DNA of 64,000 nucleotides from an uncultured Actinomycetes bacterium. GTDB taxonomy: Bacteria > Actinomycetota > UBA4738 > HRBIN12. The stretch covers positions 224,001-288,000 of the forward strand of contig CAVPIB010000004.1 in the NCBI GenBank assembly GCA_963704885.1. The letters are read 5' to 3'. The translations under genes were made by a program, and so were the position numbers. Numbering within the stretch: the stretch's first letter is position 1; each line of letters starts with the position of its first letter. Positions 9,342 through 19,277 of this stretch are shown piece by piece. Under the pieces are notes generated by a model that saw only the letters and a program-made list of their open reading frames with translations, searched no databases and was not told the origin of the DNA.

Positions 9342-10826
9342 ATGGCCATCCCCAAGGTCTTCGGCACGGAGACCGAATACGGGATCGCGGCAGCAGGCTC
9401 ACCGGGATTCAACCCCGTGCTGTCGTCCTCGATCCTCATCTCTACCTACGCCGGATCCCTCCGCAGGATCCGCTGGGACTATGAGCAGGAGTCGCCTCTA
9501 CGCGATGCACGCGGGTTCGAGCCGGTGCCGGCAAGGGAAGGCACCGACGAGGACCTGGGCCTGGCGAACGTGATCCTGCCCAACGGGGCGCGCTACTACG
9601 TGGATCACGCGCACCCCGAGTACTCGACCCCGGAGTGCCTCACGCCGCGCGCCCTGGTTATCCACGACAAGGCAGGGGAGCGCGTGCTGGAACGGTCGCT
9701 CGAGGAGGTGACTCGCGAGCTCCCCACGACCCCACGTCTGACCGTCTACAAGAACAACAGCGACGGCAAGGGCAACTCCTACGGGACACATGAGAACTAC
9801 CTGGTGGACCGCGCCACGCCGTTCGGCGACATCGTGCGTGACCTGACACCGTTCTTCGTCAGCCGACAGGTGTTCTGCGGCGCCGGCAAGGTGGGAACCG
9901 AGGCACCGTGGGACGATCGCGGGAGTGTCGACTACCAGTTGACCCAGCGGGCGGACTTCTTCGAGACCGAAGTTGGTCTGGAGACCACCCTCAAGCGGCC
10001 GATCATCAACACACGCGATGAGCCGCACGCGGACCCCGAGAAGTACCGGCGCCTCCACGTGATCGTCGGAGACGCGAACATGTGCGAGGTGGCGACGTTC
10101 CTGAAGATCGGGACGACGGCGATCGTGCTCAAGATGATCGAGGACCAGTTCCTCCCTGACCTCACGCTGCAGAACCCTGTGGCGGCATTGCACGAGGTCT
10201 CGGGGGACGTCACCTGCACCCAGACCATACGGCTGGCCGATGGGAGGCAGCTCTCGGCCGTCCAACTGCAGTGGGAGTACTTCGAGCACGCGAAGAAGTA
10301 CGTGGATCGAGAAGACGACACGCCTGAGAACCACGAGGTGCTCAAGCGGTGGGAGACGACACTGGCAGCTTTGGAGACGGAACCGCTCACACTTCACCGC
10401 GAGTTGGACTGGGTAGCGAAGTACCGGTTGCTGGCCGCCTATCGTGAGCGCGACGGCCTGGATTGGACGGACGCCAAGCTGCGAGCCATCGATCTCCAAT
10501 ACCACGACGTGCGTCGCGAGAAAGGGCTCTACTACCGCCTGGTCTCGAGCGGCAAGGTGGAACGTCTGACCACGGACGAAGAGATCGATGAGGCCGTGAT
10601 GGAGCCTCCCGAGGACACGCGGGCCTATTTCCGTGGCCGCTTCATCGCGAAGTTCCCGGACGCGATCGCCGCGGCGTCGTGGGACTCGATCATCGTGGAC
10701 ACAGGAGCTGATGCGCTGCAACGGATCCCGATGCGCGAGCCGTTGCGCGGCACGCGGGAGCACGTCGAGGATCTCCTCCGCGACGCGGAAGATGCGGCCA
10801 CGCTGGTAGCCCGCCTTCAGTCCTAG
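9342..10826 (+). CDS. dop: Pup deamidase/depupylase Dop
   Basis: [39 protein letters not shown] motifs; synteny. Confidence 0.95.
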   Translation: MAIPKVFGTETEYGIAAAGSPGFNPVLSSSILISTYAGSLRRIRWDYEQESPLRDARGFEPVPAREGTDEDLGLANVILPNGARYYVDHAHPEYSTPECLTPRALVIHDKAGERVLERSLEEVTRELPTTPRLTVYKNNSDGKGNSYGTHENYLVDRATPFGDIVRDLTPFFVSRQVFCGAGKVGTEAPWDDRGSVDYQLTQRADFFETEVGLETTLKRPIINTRDEPHADPEKYRRLHVIVGDANMCEVATFLKIGTTAIVLKMIEDQFLPDLTLQNPVAALHEVSGDVTCTQTIRLADGRQLSAVQLQWEYFEHAKKYVDREDDTPENHEVLKRWETTLAALETEPLTLHRELDWVAKYRLLAAYRERDGLDWTDAKLRAIDLQYHDVRREKGLYYRLVSSGKVERLTTDEEIDEAVMEPPEDTRAYFRGRFIAKFPDAIAAASWDSIIVDTGADALQRIPMREPLRGTREHVEDLLRDAEDAATLVARLQS

Positions 10827-10883
10827 GTCGTTCAGGCCGAAGCACTCGGTAGGATAGGCGGGCCCGCACCGAGGAGACCGACC

Positions 10884-11090
10884 ATGCCGCAGGAACAAGA
10901 GCAGAAGAAGACACAGCGCAAGGGTGGCGGCGGAAGCAAGAGCGATTCCGACGCCGGCCAAGTCACGCAGTCCTCAAAGGCCGCCGAGCTCAAGGAGGAG
11001 ATGGACGACATCCTCGACGAGATCGACTCCGTACTGGAGGAGAACGCCGAGGAGTTCGTGAAGAGCTACGTCCAGAAGGGCGGCGAGTGA
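10884..11090 (+). CDS. pup: Prokaryotic ubiquitin-like protein Pup (GGE terminus)
   Basis: LDEIDSVLEENAEEFVKSYVQKGGE. Confidence 0.97.
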   Translation: MPQEQEQKKTQRKGGGGSKSDSDAGQVTQSSKAAELKEEMDDILDEIDSVLEENAEEFVKSYVQKGGE

Positions 11091-11890
11091 GCGAGCAGCT
11101 GGGCCCGCCCGTTTCGGGCGCGTCGTTCGGCGCGAACCCGAGCTTCGTGGACCTTCTACGGCAGGCTCGGCCCGACGCGGTGTCGTCCCCGCTGACACAC
11201 GCGGCTTCCGCGAGCGGTTTACCCATCCCGCACGGCACCACGGTTCTCGGGCTCAAGTACGCGGACGGCGTGATCATGGCCGGCGACCGTCGCGCAACGG
11301 CCGGCTACACCGTTGCCGATCCCAAGATGCGCAAGGTGTTCGCGGCCGACGACTACTCTGCCATCGCGATCGCCGGCGCGGCCGGTCAGGCGATCGAGCT
11401 CGTGAAGCTGTTCCAGCTGGAGCTGGAGCACTACGAGAAGATCACAGGTGACCGGCTGTCGTTAGAGGGCAAAGCCAACCGACTGGCACAGATGATCCGC
11501 TCGAACTTCCCGCTCGCCATGCAGGGACTGGTCGTCGTCCCGCTGTTCGGCGGATTCGATGAGGGTCGCGGTGAGGGCCGCATCTTCTACTACGACGCCA
11601 CAGGGGGTCGTTGGGAGGAAGACGACTACCAGACGACCGGTTCCGGCGGACAGCCGGCCAAGAACTCCCTCAAGAAGCGGTGGCATGCGGGGTTGTCGCG
11701 TGAGGAGGCTCTTCGCGTGGCCGTCGAGGCTTTGCTGGACGCGGCCGAGGACGACGTGGCCACGGGTGGCCCGGACGTGACGCGGCGGATATTCCCGAAC
11801 GCGGTCGCCGTGACGTTGTCCGGAGCCGATGATGTGCCCGAGGAGCAGGTGGCGGCCGCGGTGGCCGCGGTCCTGGAGGAGCGGTCCTAG
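11087..11890 (+). CDS. prcB: 20S proteasome beta subunit
   Basis: Propeptide followed by HG/TT, AGDRRAT, GSG. Confidence 0.97.
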   Translation: MSEQLGPPVSGASFGANPSFVDLLRQARPDAVSSPLTHAASASGLPIPHGTTVLGLKYADGVIMAGDRRATAGYTVADPKMRKVFAADDYSAIAIAGAAGQAIELVKLFQLELEHYEKITGDRLSLEGKANRLAQMIRSNFPLAMQGLVVVPLFGGFDEGRGEGRIFYYDATGGRWEEDDYQTTGSGGQPAKNSLKKRWHAGLSREEALRVAVEALLDAAEDDVATGGPDVTRRIFPNAVAVTLSGADDVPEEQVAAAVAAVLEERS

Positions 11891-12577
11891 ATGTCGTTCA
11901 TGCCCTATGTCTCGCCGGATCAGATGATGAAGGATCGGTCCGAATACGCGCACAAGGGGATAGCGCGCGGCCGCTCGGTGATCGGCATGGAATACGCGGA
12001 CGGATTGCTGTTCATCGCCGAGAACCCCAGCGCCACGCTGCATAAGATCAGCGAGATCTACGACCGGATCGCGTTCGCCGGAGTGGGCAAGTACAGCGAG
12101 TTCGAGGATCTTCGGATCGCCGGTATCCGACTGGCCGATCTTCGAGGCTACTCGTATGGGCGCGAGGACGTGAAGGCGCGTGACCTGGCGAACGCGTACT
12201 CGCAATCGCTCTCCACCATCTTCACGCAACAGATGAAGCCCTACGAGGTCGAGATCCTGGTCGCGGAGGTTGACGGCGAGGCGAGCGGCACTGCCCTGTA
12301 TCACGTGCTCTTCGATGGGAGCGTGACCGACGAGCACGGGTTCATCGCGATCGGCGGCCACGCGGAGGATCTGACCGAGACCCTGAGGCAGGAGTACCAG
12401 GAGGGATGGGACCTCCCCACGGCGGTCCGCTCGGCAGTGAACGCGTTGGGGTCACCGGAGTCGCGGGAGATCGAGGCGGACAATATCGAAGCAGGCGTGC
12501 TCGATCGCGGACGTCCGCAGCGCCGCAAGTTCCACCGCCTCGAGGACGGAGAGATCTCCCAGATCCTCGGCAGCTGA
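11891..12577 (+). CDS. prcA: 20S proteasome alpha subunit
   Basis: [34 protein letters not shown]. Confidence 0.97.
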   Translation: MSFMPYVSPDQMMKDRSEYAHKGIARGRSVIGMEYADGLLFIAENPSATLHKISEIYDRIAFAGVGKYSEFEDLRIAGIRLADLRGYSYGREDVKARDLANAYSQSLSTIFTQQMKPYEVEILVAEVDGEASGTALYHVLFDGSVTDEHGFIAIGGHAEDLTETLRQEYQEGWDLPTAVRSAVNALGSPESREIEADNIEAGVLDRGRPQRRKFHRLEDGEISQILGS

Positions 12578-12621
12578 CCCGCGTCCCAACCCTCCATGGG
12601 TCTAGGCCTAGACTCGTCGTC

Positions 12622-13980
12622 ATGGATCGGCGGATCTTCGGCCTGGAGAACGAGTACGGCGTTACCTGCACGTTCCGTGGGCAGCGGCGGCTTTCGCCGG
12701 ATGAGGTCGCTCGCTACCTCTTCCGTCGAGTGGTGCATTGGGGCCGCTCTTCGAACGTCTTCTTGGAGAACGGCGCTCGGCTGTACCTAGACGTCGGATC
12801 CCACCCCGAGTACGCGACACCCGAATGCGACGACGTGCGCGAGCTGGTCGCTCACGACAAGGCGGGGGAGCGGATCCTGGAGGGACTGCTCGGCGCCGCA
12901 GAGATCCGCCTGCACGAAGAGGGCATCAGCGGACAGGTCTACCTCTTCAAGAACAATACCGACTCGGCCGGCAACTCTTACGGTTGTCACGAGAACTATC
13001 TCGTCGCGCGCCACGGCGAGTTCGCGCGCATGGCCGACGTCCTGATCCCGTTCTTCGTGACTCGACAGATCTACTGCGGCGCCGGGAAGGTGTTGCACGG
13101 ACCTCGCGGCGCGCAGTTCTGCATCTCGCAACGGGCCGAGCACATCTGGGAGGGCGTCTCGAGCGCCACCACGCGTTCGCGCCCGATCATCAACACGCGC
13201 GACGAGCCGCACGCCGATGCCGAACGCTTCCGTCGTCTGCATGTGATCGTGGGTGACTCAAACATGAATGAGTGGACAACCTTCATGAAGGTCGGCATCA
13301 CCGACCTGGTCCTTCGCATGGTCGAGGCGAACACCGTCATGCGCGACCTCACGCTCGAGAACCCGATCCGTGCGATCCGCGAGATCAGCCACGACACGAG
13401 CTGCACCCGCAACGTGAAGCTCGCGAACGGCAGGGAGCTCACGGCGATCGAGCTGCAGACCGAGTACTACGAGAAGACGGCGAGGTTCTTGGAGCGCCGT
13501 GGCACCGACGAAGTCTCCAAGACGCTTCTCGAAGAGTGGCGGCAGGCCTTGGAGGCGCTCTCCGAAGGCGACCCGGAACGTCTGGGGCGCAAGGTGGACT
13601 GGGTGACCAAGCGTCTGTTGATCGAGCGGTACCAGGCCAAGCACGACCTGCCGCTCGCCTCGCCTAGGATCGCGTTGCTCGATCTCGCCTATCACGACGT
13701 GAACCGAGAGCGGGGTCTCTACTACCTGCTCGAGAAGGGCGGCAGGGTGGAGCGAGTCTGCAGCGATCGCGAGATCAACCGCGCGATGCGTGAACCGCCG
13801 CAGACCACACGTGCGAAGCTCCGCGGCGACTTCATTCGCCAAGCGAAGGCCAAGCGCCGCGACTACACGGTTGACTGGGTGCACCTCAAGCTGAACGATC
13901 AGGCCCAGAGGACCGTGCTCTGCAAGGATCCCTTCCGTAGCGTCGACGAGCGCGTCGAACAGCTCATCGCTCACATGTGA
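12622..13980 (+). CDS. pafA: Pup-protein ligase PafA
   Basis: [34 protein letters not shown]; TAGACT -10 7 nt before ATG. Confidence 0.97.
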   Translation: MDRRIFGLENEYGVTCTFRGQRRLSPDEVARYLFRRVVHWGRSSNVFLENGARLYLDVGSHPEYATPECDDVRELVAHDKAGERILEGLLGAAEIRLHEEGISGQVYLFKNNTDSAGNSYGCHENYLVARHGEFARMADVLIPFFVTRQIYCGAGKVLHGPRGAQFCISQRAEHIWEGVSSATTRSRPIINTRDEPHADAERFRRLHVIVGDSNMNEWTTFMKVGITDLVLRMVEANTVMRDLTLENPIRAIREISHDTSCTRNVKLANGRELTAIELQTEYYEKTARFLERRGTDEVSKTLLEEWRQALEALSEGDPERLGRKVDWVTKRLLIERYQAKHDLPLASPRIALLDLAYHDVNRERGLYYLLEKGGRVERVCSDREINRAMREPPQTTRAKLRGDFIRQAKAKRRDYTVDWVHLKLNDQAQRTVLCKDPFRSVDERVEQLIAHM

Positions 13981-14312
13981 TGGCCCGGGACCAGACGCCG
14001 CAGAGACCGGACCCGGTCGAGTCCGTGGATCGCTCCTTCGGTGTACTCGGCTGGGTGACGGTGGGCACGAACTTGATCCTCGGGCTGTTCACGCTCTCAG
14101 GATGGGTCGCCAGGCCTGTTTCGTGTCCTGGGGGATGCTCGTGGCGACCCGCCGGCGGGATGCTCTGGGTGTTCCTGGCGCTGCTCGACGTCGCCCTCGT
14201 CCTGCTCTGGGCGGGTGTGGGGTACCTTCATCTTCAGACGGTAGGTGAGCGCATCGGGCGACGGTTCGCCGACAAGCTCGACGCCGGTCGGGACGACGCC
14301 AAGGGATCCTAG
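13977..14312 (+). CDS. Small two-TM hypothetical protein
   Basis: Overlaps pafA stop; two hydrophobic stretches with a CPGGC loop between them. Confidence 0.55.
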   Translation: MMARDQTPQRPDPVESVDRSFGVLGWVTVGTNLILGLFTLSGWVARPVSCPGGCSWRPAGGMLWVFLALLDVALVLLWAGVGYLHLQTVGERIGRRFADKLDAGRDDAKGS

Positions 14313-15406
14313 GTCTCGACCCCTTCGCGCCATCGACGGCCGCCCGTGGCCATACGACCGGCCAGCACGCCAGCCGCCCCGGCCGCCAGGAAGAACGCGG
14401 GGTCGTCCTCCTGGGTCCGACCCATGGAGCGCGCCACGACCGCGCGCGCGCGGAGCTCGTCGAGCGCCGGGCGGCCGTCCACCTCCACGAGTTGGTGCCT
14501 TTCTTCGAGCTTCGCCGCACGAAGTGCGCCCCACACGGCCTGGCGCTGCCCGTCATCCACCAGTGAAGGAACCGGTACGAACGCCTCGACCTTGCAGACG
14601 TCTCGCAGGATCGTGAGCGAATGATGCGACAGACCTCTATGGCGTTCGCGTGTGTCAGCGAAGCTCACGCGGAGCGCGGGGATGGGACGGCCTCCGAGCG
14701 TGGCGGCTGCGTTCAAGGAGTTGCCGCTCCCCAGCGCGCTCACGCCCCAGGTGGTGTCGGTGCCCAGGTTGCCGGGCCCATCAGCCACCACGATCACGTC
14801 GGCGCCCATCACCTCCCTGGCGGCCAGCATGCCCGTCCACACCGTGACGGCCTCGAGCTCGCCGCCGAAGGACTGACCGCACGTGATCCAGCCGTCCAAC
14901 AGCCCGGTCTCCCGCAGTTCGAACACCAACCTGGAGAAGGCACCCGGCAGCGCGGCTCCATCGGTCATGACGAAGGCGATAGAGGAGGCCCCCGCCCGTT
15001 TCGCTCCCGCCGCCACAGGCGCCACCATCGAGTGCAGCGGGGCACAGACCACGGGGGTCAGCTCCAGACCACGAGATCCCTCCAACACGTCGCGATGGGT
15101 CTCCTCGACGCTCGTCACGGCGGTCTGCACGGGCGTGTATCGAGCCTTCATGACGCGACCGGGCGGCTGGAGGTCCGCCGGTGCGGCACCTTCCACCGCG
15201 ATCACGAAGTGCACCCCGCCTGTTCCCAATGCGAGGGCAGCCGCGGTCGTGTTCAGGATGACTGTGTCTCCGACGGTTACGGGACCCACGAGCTCCGGAT
15301 AGGCGATCGCGACCGCTTGCCCACCGTCCACGTCCACCTCGATCTCATGCGAACCGGGACGCGCTGCCCCGAGCGCGGTCACCATGCCGCGCCTCAGGCG
15401 TATCAC
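14309..15406 (-). CDS. DUF3866 family protein
   Basis: LNTTA..LGTGG.HF, MKARYTP, LHS, MTDGAALP, GQSFGG, RHRGLSHH motifs. Confidence 0.85.
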   Translation of the reverse strand: MIRLRRGMVTALGAARPGSHEIEVDVDGGQAVAIAYPELVGPVTVGDTVILNTTAAALALGTGGVHFVIAVEGAAPADLQPPGRVMKARYTPVQTAVTSVEETHRDVLEGSRGLELTPVVCAPLHSMVAPVAAGAKRAGASSIAFVMTDGAALPGAFSRLVFELRETGLLDGWITCGQSFGGELEAVTVWTGMLAAREVMGADVIVVADGPGNLGTDTTWGVSALGSGNSLNAAATLGGRPIPALRVSFADTRERHRGLSHHSLTILRDVCKVEAFVPVPSLVDDGQRQAVWGALRAAKLEERHQLVEVDGRPALDELRARAVVARSMGRTQEDDPAFFLAAGAAGVLAGRMATGGRRWREGVET

Positions 15407-15451
15407 GAGGTTCCTCTGTCGGCCGACATGGCCCCGCTATGATGCCGCACG

Positions 15452-16414
15452 ATGGCGGGGGAGGACCGGATGGAACCGCTCGAACGGCTGTTGAACCTGG
15501 TCGGGCTCCTCCTAGAGACCCGCACCCCGCTCACGTTCGAGCAGATCCGGGCCACGCTGGAGCCCTACGCACAAAGCAACGTTGACACGGCCAAGCGCAT
15601 GTTCGAACGCGACAAGGACATCCTTCGCGACTACGGCGTGCCTCTGGAGCTCGTTGACACGGATGCCTGGGGGACGGAGCAGGGATACCTGATCCCCAAG
15701 GACCGTTACTACCTACCCGACATCGCCTTCACCCCCGAGGAGCTGGGGGCTCTCCTGGTTGCCGCACAAGGCGTTCGCGGCGACACCCCAGCGGAGCAGG
15801 CGGTTCGGAAGCTGATGTCGGGCGCAGGGAGCGGGGTGCTGGCCGGCCTCGCCGGGGGACCGCTGGTGTCGGGCTCGGACGTCGGGGGGGAGCTCGTCAT
15901 GGCGGCGGCGGGCGCCGCGCAGGCCCATCGGCGCGTTCGGTTCGGATATCGGACGTCGAAAGGGGCGGCATCCGAGCGAGACGTGGATGCCTACGCCGTG
16001 GTGTTCCGGGCCGGCCATTGGTACCTGGCGGGGTTCGATCACGAAAGGGATGAGGTGCGGTCCTTCCGGCTGTCGCGGTTCACCACGGAGCTGGATGAGA
16101 CAGGAGAAGGTGCGGAGCCGCCAGAGGGGTTCCGCGCAGCCGATCTGATCATGGGCGGTCCTTGGGTGTCGACGGGGGAGGAGCAGGCCGTGGTAGCGCT
16201 CTCGCCTGAGGTGGCCTGGTGGGCCGCCAGTACGTTGACGGGGGCGGAGATCACCGGCACGCGCGAGGACGGCTGGGTCGAGTTGAGGGTGCCCGTCGCC
16301 GACGAAAGCGCACTGGCGCCCGTGATCCTCCAGCTGGGGCCCGACGTCGTGGTCCTAGAGCCGGCAACGCTTCGCGACGAGGTCGTATCGCGGCTGGAGG
16401 CGCTCGTTGACTGA
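15452..16414 (+). CDS. pafB: WYL-domain transcriptional regulator PafB
   Basis: ERLLNL, RMFERDK HTH; WYL...RSFRLSR. Confidence 0.92.
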   Translation: MAGEDRMEPLERLLNLVGLLLETRTPLTFEQIRATLEPYAQSNVDTAKRMFERDKDILRDYGVPLELVDTDAWGTEQGYLIPKDRYYLPDIAFTPEELGALLVAAQGVRGDTPAEQAVRKLMSGAGSGVLAGLAGGPLVSGSDVGGELVMAAAGAAQAHRRVRFGYRTSKGAASERDVDAYAVVFRAGHWYLAGFDHERDEVRSFRLSRFTTELDETGEGAEPPEGFRAADLIMGGPWVSTGEEQAVVALSPEVAWWAASTLTGAEITGTREDGWVELRVPVADESALAPVILQLGPDVVVLEPATLRDEVVSRLEALVD

Positions 16415-17381
16415 ACCCCGTGGCAAGCCGGCCGCAAGGACCTCCGAGCGTCTAGGGCGGATGCTCGTGATAGTGCCGTACCTGGTGCAACATCCGGGGA
16501 GTTCCCTGCCCGCTGTCGCCGAGGTCTTCGGCGTCCCGGAGGATCAGCTCCGGCGCGACCTGGACCTGCTCTTCATGTCGGGTCTGCCGCCCTATGGTCC
16601 TGGGGACCTGATCGAGGTCGAGGTAGACGAGGACGGCCGGATCTACATCTCTATGGCCGAGCAGTTCGCCCGCCCGCTGAGACTCACGCGGAACGAGGCG
16701 CTCGCTCTCTACCTCCGGGGGACCGAGCTCCTCGGGACCGCGGGCCTGCACGAGACCACCGCTCTCGCCTCGGCGCTGGACAAGCTTCGTTCGTCGCTCG
16801 GCCCCGAGACGCTCGGGGATGCCAGAAGGATCGAGATGGCCGCACCCGGTCCTCCGATCGAGCACCTCGAGCTCCTGCGGCAGGCCGCTCGCGAACACCG
16901 GCGTCTGCTGATCGAGTACTTCGCGCATTCATCGGGTGGATGGAGCCGCCGCGAGATCGACCCGGAAGAGGTCTTCTCGAGCATCGGCAACTGGTACGTG
17001 GCGGCGTGGGACGTGGCGGCGGACGCCGAACGGTTGTTCCGCGCGGATCGGATCCGCGACGCAGAGGCGACCGGCGAGCTCTTCGAGCCGAGAGGCCTGG
17101 AGGGCGCGGGGCGGTCCCTATACACCCCGACCGAGGAGGACGTCGCCGTTCGCCTCCGGCTGACGCCCGGGGCTCGGTGGATCGGCGAGTACTACGCCAC
17201 GTTGGAAGCGGTTGAATGCGATGACGGCTCCCTGGATGTCATCTTGCCCGCCAGGAGCCTGGGATGGGTGGCCCGACTCCTGCTCCGGGTGGGTCCCGAG
17301 GTCACCGTGCTGGACCCGCCCGAGCTGGAGGCGGAGGTCCGCGAACTGGCCAGGAGAACCCTCGACCGATACGGGGAGTAA
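16407..17381 (+). CDS. pafC: WYL-domain transcriptional regulator PafC
   Basis: GLPPYGPGDLI, RPLRLT, WY...RLFRADRI. Confidence 0.92.
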   Translation: MTEPRGKPAARTSERLGRMLVIVPYLVQHPGSSLPAVAEVFGVPEDQLRRDLDLLFMSGLPPYGPGDLIEVEVDEDGRIYISMAEQFARPLRLTRNEALALYLRGTELLGTAGLHETTALASALDKLRSSLGPETLGDARRIEMAAPGPPIEHLELLRQAAREHRRLLIEYFAHSSGGWSRREIDPEEVFSSIGNWYVAAWDVAADAERLFRADRIRDAEATGELFEPRGLEGAGRSLYTPTEEDVAVRLRLTPGARWIGEYYATLEAVECDDGSLDVILPARSLGWVARLLLRVGPEVTVLDPPELEAEVRELARRTLDRYGE

Positions 17382-17420
17382 CCAGCCCTTTGGGGGTAGC
17401 CCCGTTCGGGGGACACAGGC

Positions 17421-17448
17421 TCAAGCCGTTGGACCTCTCCGCCGATGT
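17421..17448 (+). promoter_or_regulatory. FliA/WhiG (sigma28)-type promoter candidate
   Basis: (C)TCAAG-N15-GCCGATGT, with CCCCGTTCGGGG upstream. Confidence 0.6.
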
Positions 17449-17458
17449 TCGGGGGGAG

Positions 17459-17821
17459 ATGACAACCATCCGGACAACCTGCCCCCGCTGCGGCGAGGTC
17501 GACATGGGACCCGAGGCGATCCTCCTGTCCGTCAAGGACGACGGACGCGAGGGGAGCTACAGGTTCACCTGCCCGAGCTGCGCCGACGACGTCGAGAAGC
17601 GAGCGGACCGCAAGATCGTGGCCCTGTTGGTCTCGGCCGGCGTCGATATGGCCCGATCGGAAGGTGATCTACAGTCGGCTATGTTGTTCGACGATGTGGA
17701 CGGAGGCCGTTCCATGCCTGTAGGACCTGCCTTCTCGATCGACGATGTCATCGAGTTCCACTTCCTGCTGCAGGACGACCGTTACATCCAGGACTTCTTC
17801 GCCAGCAGCGACGGCGTCTGA
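17459..17821 (+). CDS. Small zinc-ribbon (CxxC...CxxC) hypothetical protein
   Basis: TCPRCGEV and YRFTCPSC; LLVSAGV; IDDVIEFHFLL. Confidence 0.75.
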   Translation: MTTIRTTCPRCGEVDMGPEAILLSVKDDGREGSYRFTCPSCADDVEKRADRKIVALLVSAGVDMARSEGDLQSAMLFDDVDGGRSMPVGPAFSIDDVIEFHFLLQDDRYIQDFFASSDGV

Positions 17822-17864
17822 GCCCGTCCACGTCCTCGACTCACCTCTGCGGTAGCATCGCCTC

Positions 17865-18104
17865 GTGGGCTCCTGGATCGTCGTCTGGTTCGTGATCGGG
17901 ATCGTTTCGACCGTCGCGATCCTGGCCTGCCTGATAGGACTGGTCCGCCATCTGCTGATCCTGGGGCGATCGGTGAAACAGCTCCAGGAGGAACTCCAGC
18001 CGATAGCCGACGATGTGGCGCGCGAAGGGCAGAAGGCCGGCGAACACACGTCAGCCATCGGGGCCCGGCGGAGCGGGGGCTCGTCCACCAGGGGCTCGGG
18101 GTAG
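17865..18104 (+). CDS. Small membrane-anchored coiled-coil protein
   Basis: N-terminal TM plus amphipathic helix; TAGCAT -10 6 nt before GTG. Confidence 0.65.
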   Translation: MGSWIVVWFVIGIVSTVAILACLIGLVRHLLILGRSVKQLQEELQPIADDVAREGQKAGEHTSAIGARRSGGSSTRGSG

Positions 18105-18135
18105 AATCGGGCACGGGCGTAGCCCCCTGCTGTAG

Positions 18136-18474
18136 ATGCTGAACATCGGCCCTCAGGAGCTCATCCTCGTTCTGATCATCGCCCTGGTAGTGGTGGGCCC
18201 CAAGCGCCTGCCAGAGCTCGGCCGCACCATAGGCAGAGGCATGAGGGAGTTCCGCAAGATGCAGGACGATGTACGCGACACGCTCAAGATCGATCTCGAC
18301 CCCGAGCTCGATCCGCCCAGCAGGCCGGTAGCCAAACCGCACAAGGTTCGCAGCACCGAGCCCGACGATGTGGGCGAGGTCGACGAAGTCACAGATCTGA
18401 CGGATCCTTCGGCCGCTGAGCCTCCATCCGCGGGCGAGGGGCCGGCCGACGTCGAGCCGGAAGCCGCGGAGTAG
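18136..18474 (+). CDS. tatB: Twin-arginine translocase TatA/TatB subunit
   Basis: IGPQELILVLIIALVVVGPKRLPELGRTIG; next to tatC. Confidence 0.85.
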   Translation: MLNIGPQELILVLIIALVVVGPKRLPELGRTIGRGMREFRKMQDDVRDTLKIDLDPELDPPSRPVAKPHKVRSTEPDDVGEVDEVTDLTDPSAAEPPSAGEGPADVEPEAAE

Positions 18475-18491
18475 CGGCAGCCCTAACACCC

Positions 18492-19271
18492 ATGCGCGTC
18501 TTCCACAAGATCCGGCGTCGATCGCCCGACGAGAGAACGGGCAACATGACGCTGTTCGAGCATCTCGACGAGCTGCGTCAGCGCCTCATCGTCTCCATGG
18601 TGGCCGTAGCGGTCGGTGCCGTCGTGGGGTGGTTCCTCTACAACCCGGTCGTCGACCTGCTCCTGAAGCCCTACTGCGATTACTGGAACACGCTCGACCC
18701 GGCGCTCCGCACCACCGACTCGTGCGTCCTGTTCTACATGGGGCCGCTCGATGCGATGGTGGTGAAGCTCAAGGTCGTCGTGTTCATCGGGATCTTGGTG
18801 GCACTGCCCGTGCTCCTGTGGCAGTTCTGGGGGTTCGTGGTCCCGGGGCTCACCTCTCGGGAACGCCGCATGACGGTGCCGTTCGTGGCGTCTTCGGTCG
18901 TGCTCTTCGCGATGGGCGCAGCGTTCGCCTACATAACCCTTCCGAAGGGACTGAACTTCCTGCTGGGGTTCGCCGGATCGGACTTCGTCCCCATCCTCAC
19001 CGGGGACAGGTTCATCACGTTCGTGGTTCTGGTCGCGTTCGCCTTCGGGCTCTCGTTCGAGTTCCCGATCGTGTTGATCTTCCTGGAGCTGGTGGGGGTC
19101 GTGTCCAGCGAGAGGCTCAGGAAGTGGCGCAGGTTCTCGATCCTGGGGATCGCCATCTTCGCGGCGATCATCACACCCTCGTCGGATCCGTACACGATGC
19201 TGGCTCTGGCCCTGCCGATGTACCTCTTCTACGAGGCCGCTATCATCGTCGGTCGCTTGATGAAGAGATAG
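18492..19271 (+). CDS. tatC: Twin-arginine translocase TatC
   Basis: MTLFEHLDELRQRL, FVVPGL, FEFP, ITPSSDP. Confidence 0.95.
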   Translation: MRVFHKIRRRSPDERTGNMTLFEHLDELRQRLIVSMVAVAVGAVVGWFLYNPVVDLLLKPYCDYWNTLDPALRTTDSCVLFYMGPLDAMVVKLKVVVFIGILVALPVLLWQFWGFVVPGLTSRERRMTVPFVASSVVLFAMGAAFAYITLPKGLNFLLGFAGSDFVPILTGDRFITFVVLVAFAFGLSFEFPIVLIFLELVGVVSSERLRKWRRFSILGIAIFAAIITPSSDPYTMLALALPMYLFYEAAIIVGRLMKR

Positions 19272-19277
19272 GAAACG

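Noticed and set aside
10884-11090. Pup ending in GGE alongside Dop
   Set aside because: Known state in many actinobacteria; Dop then acts as a depupylase.
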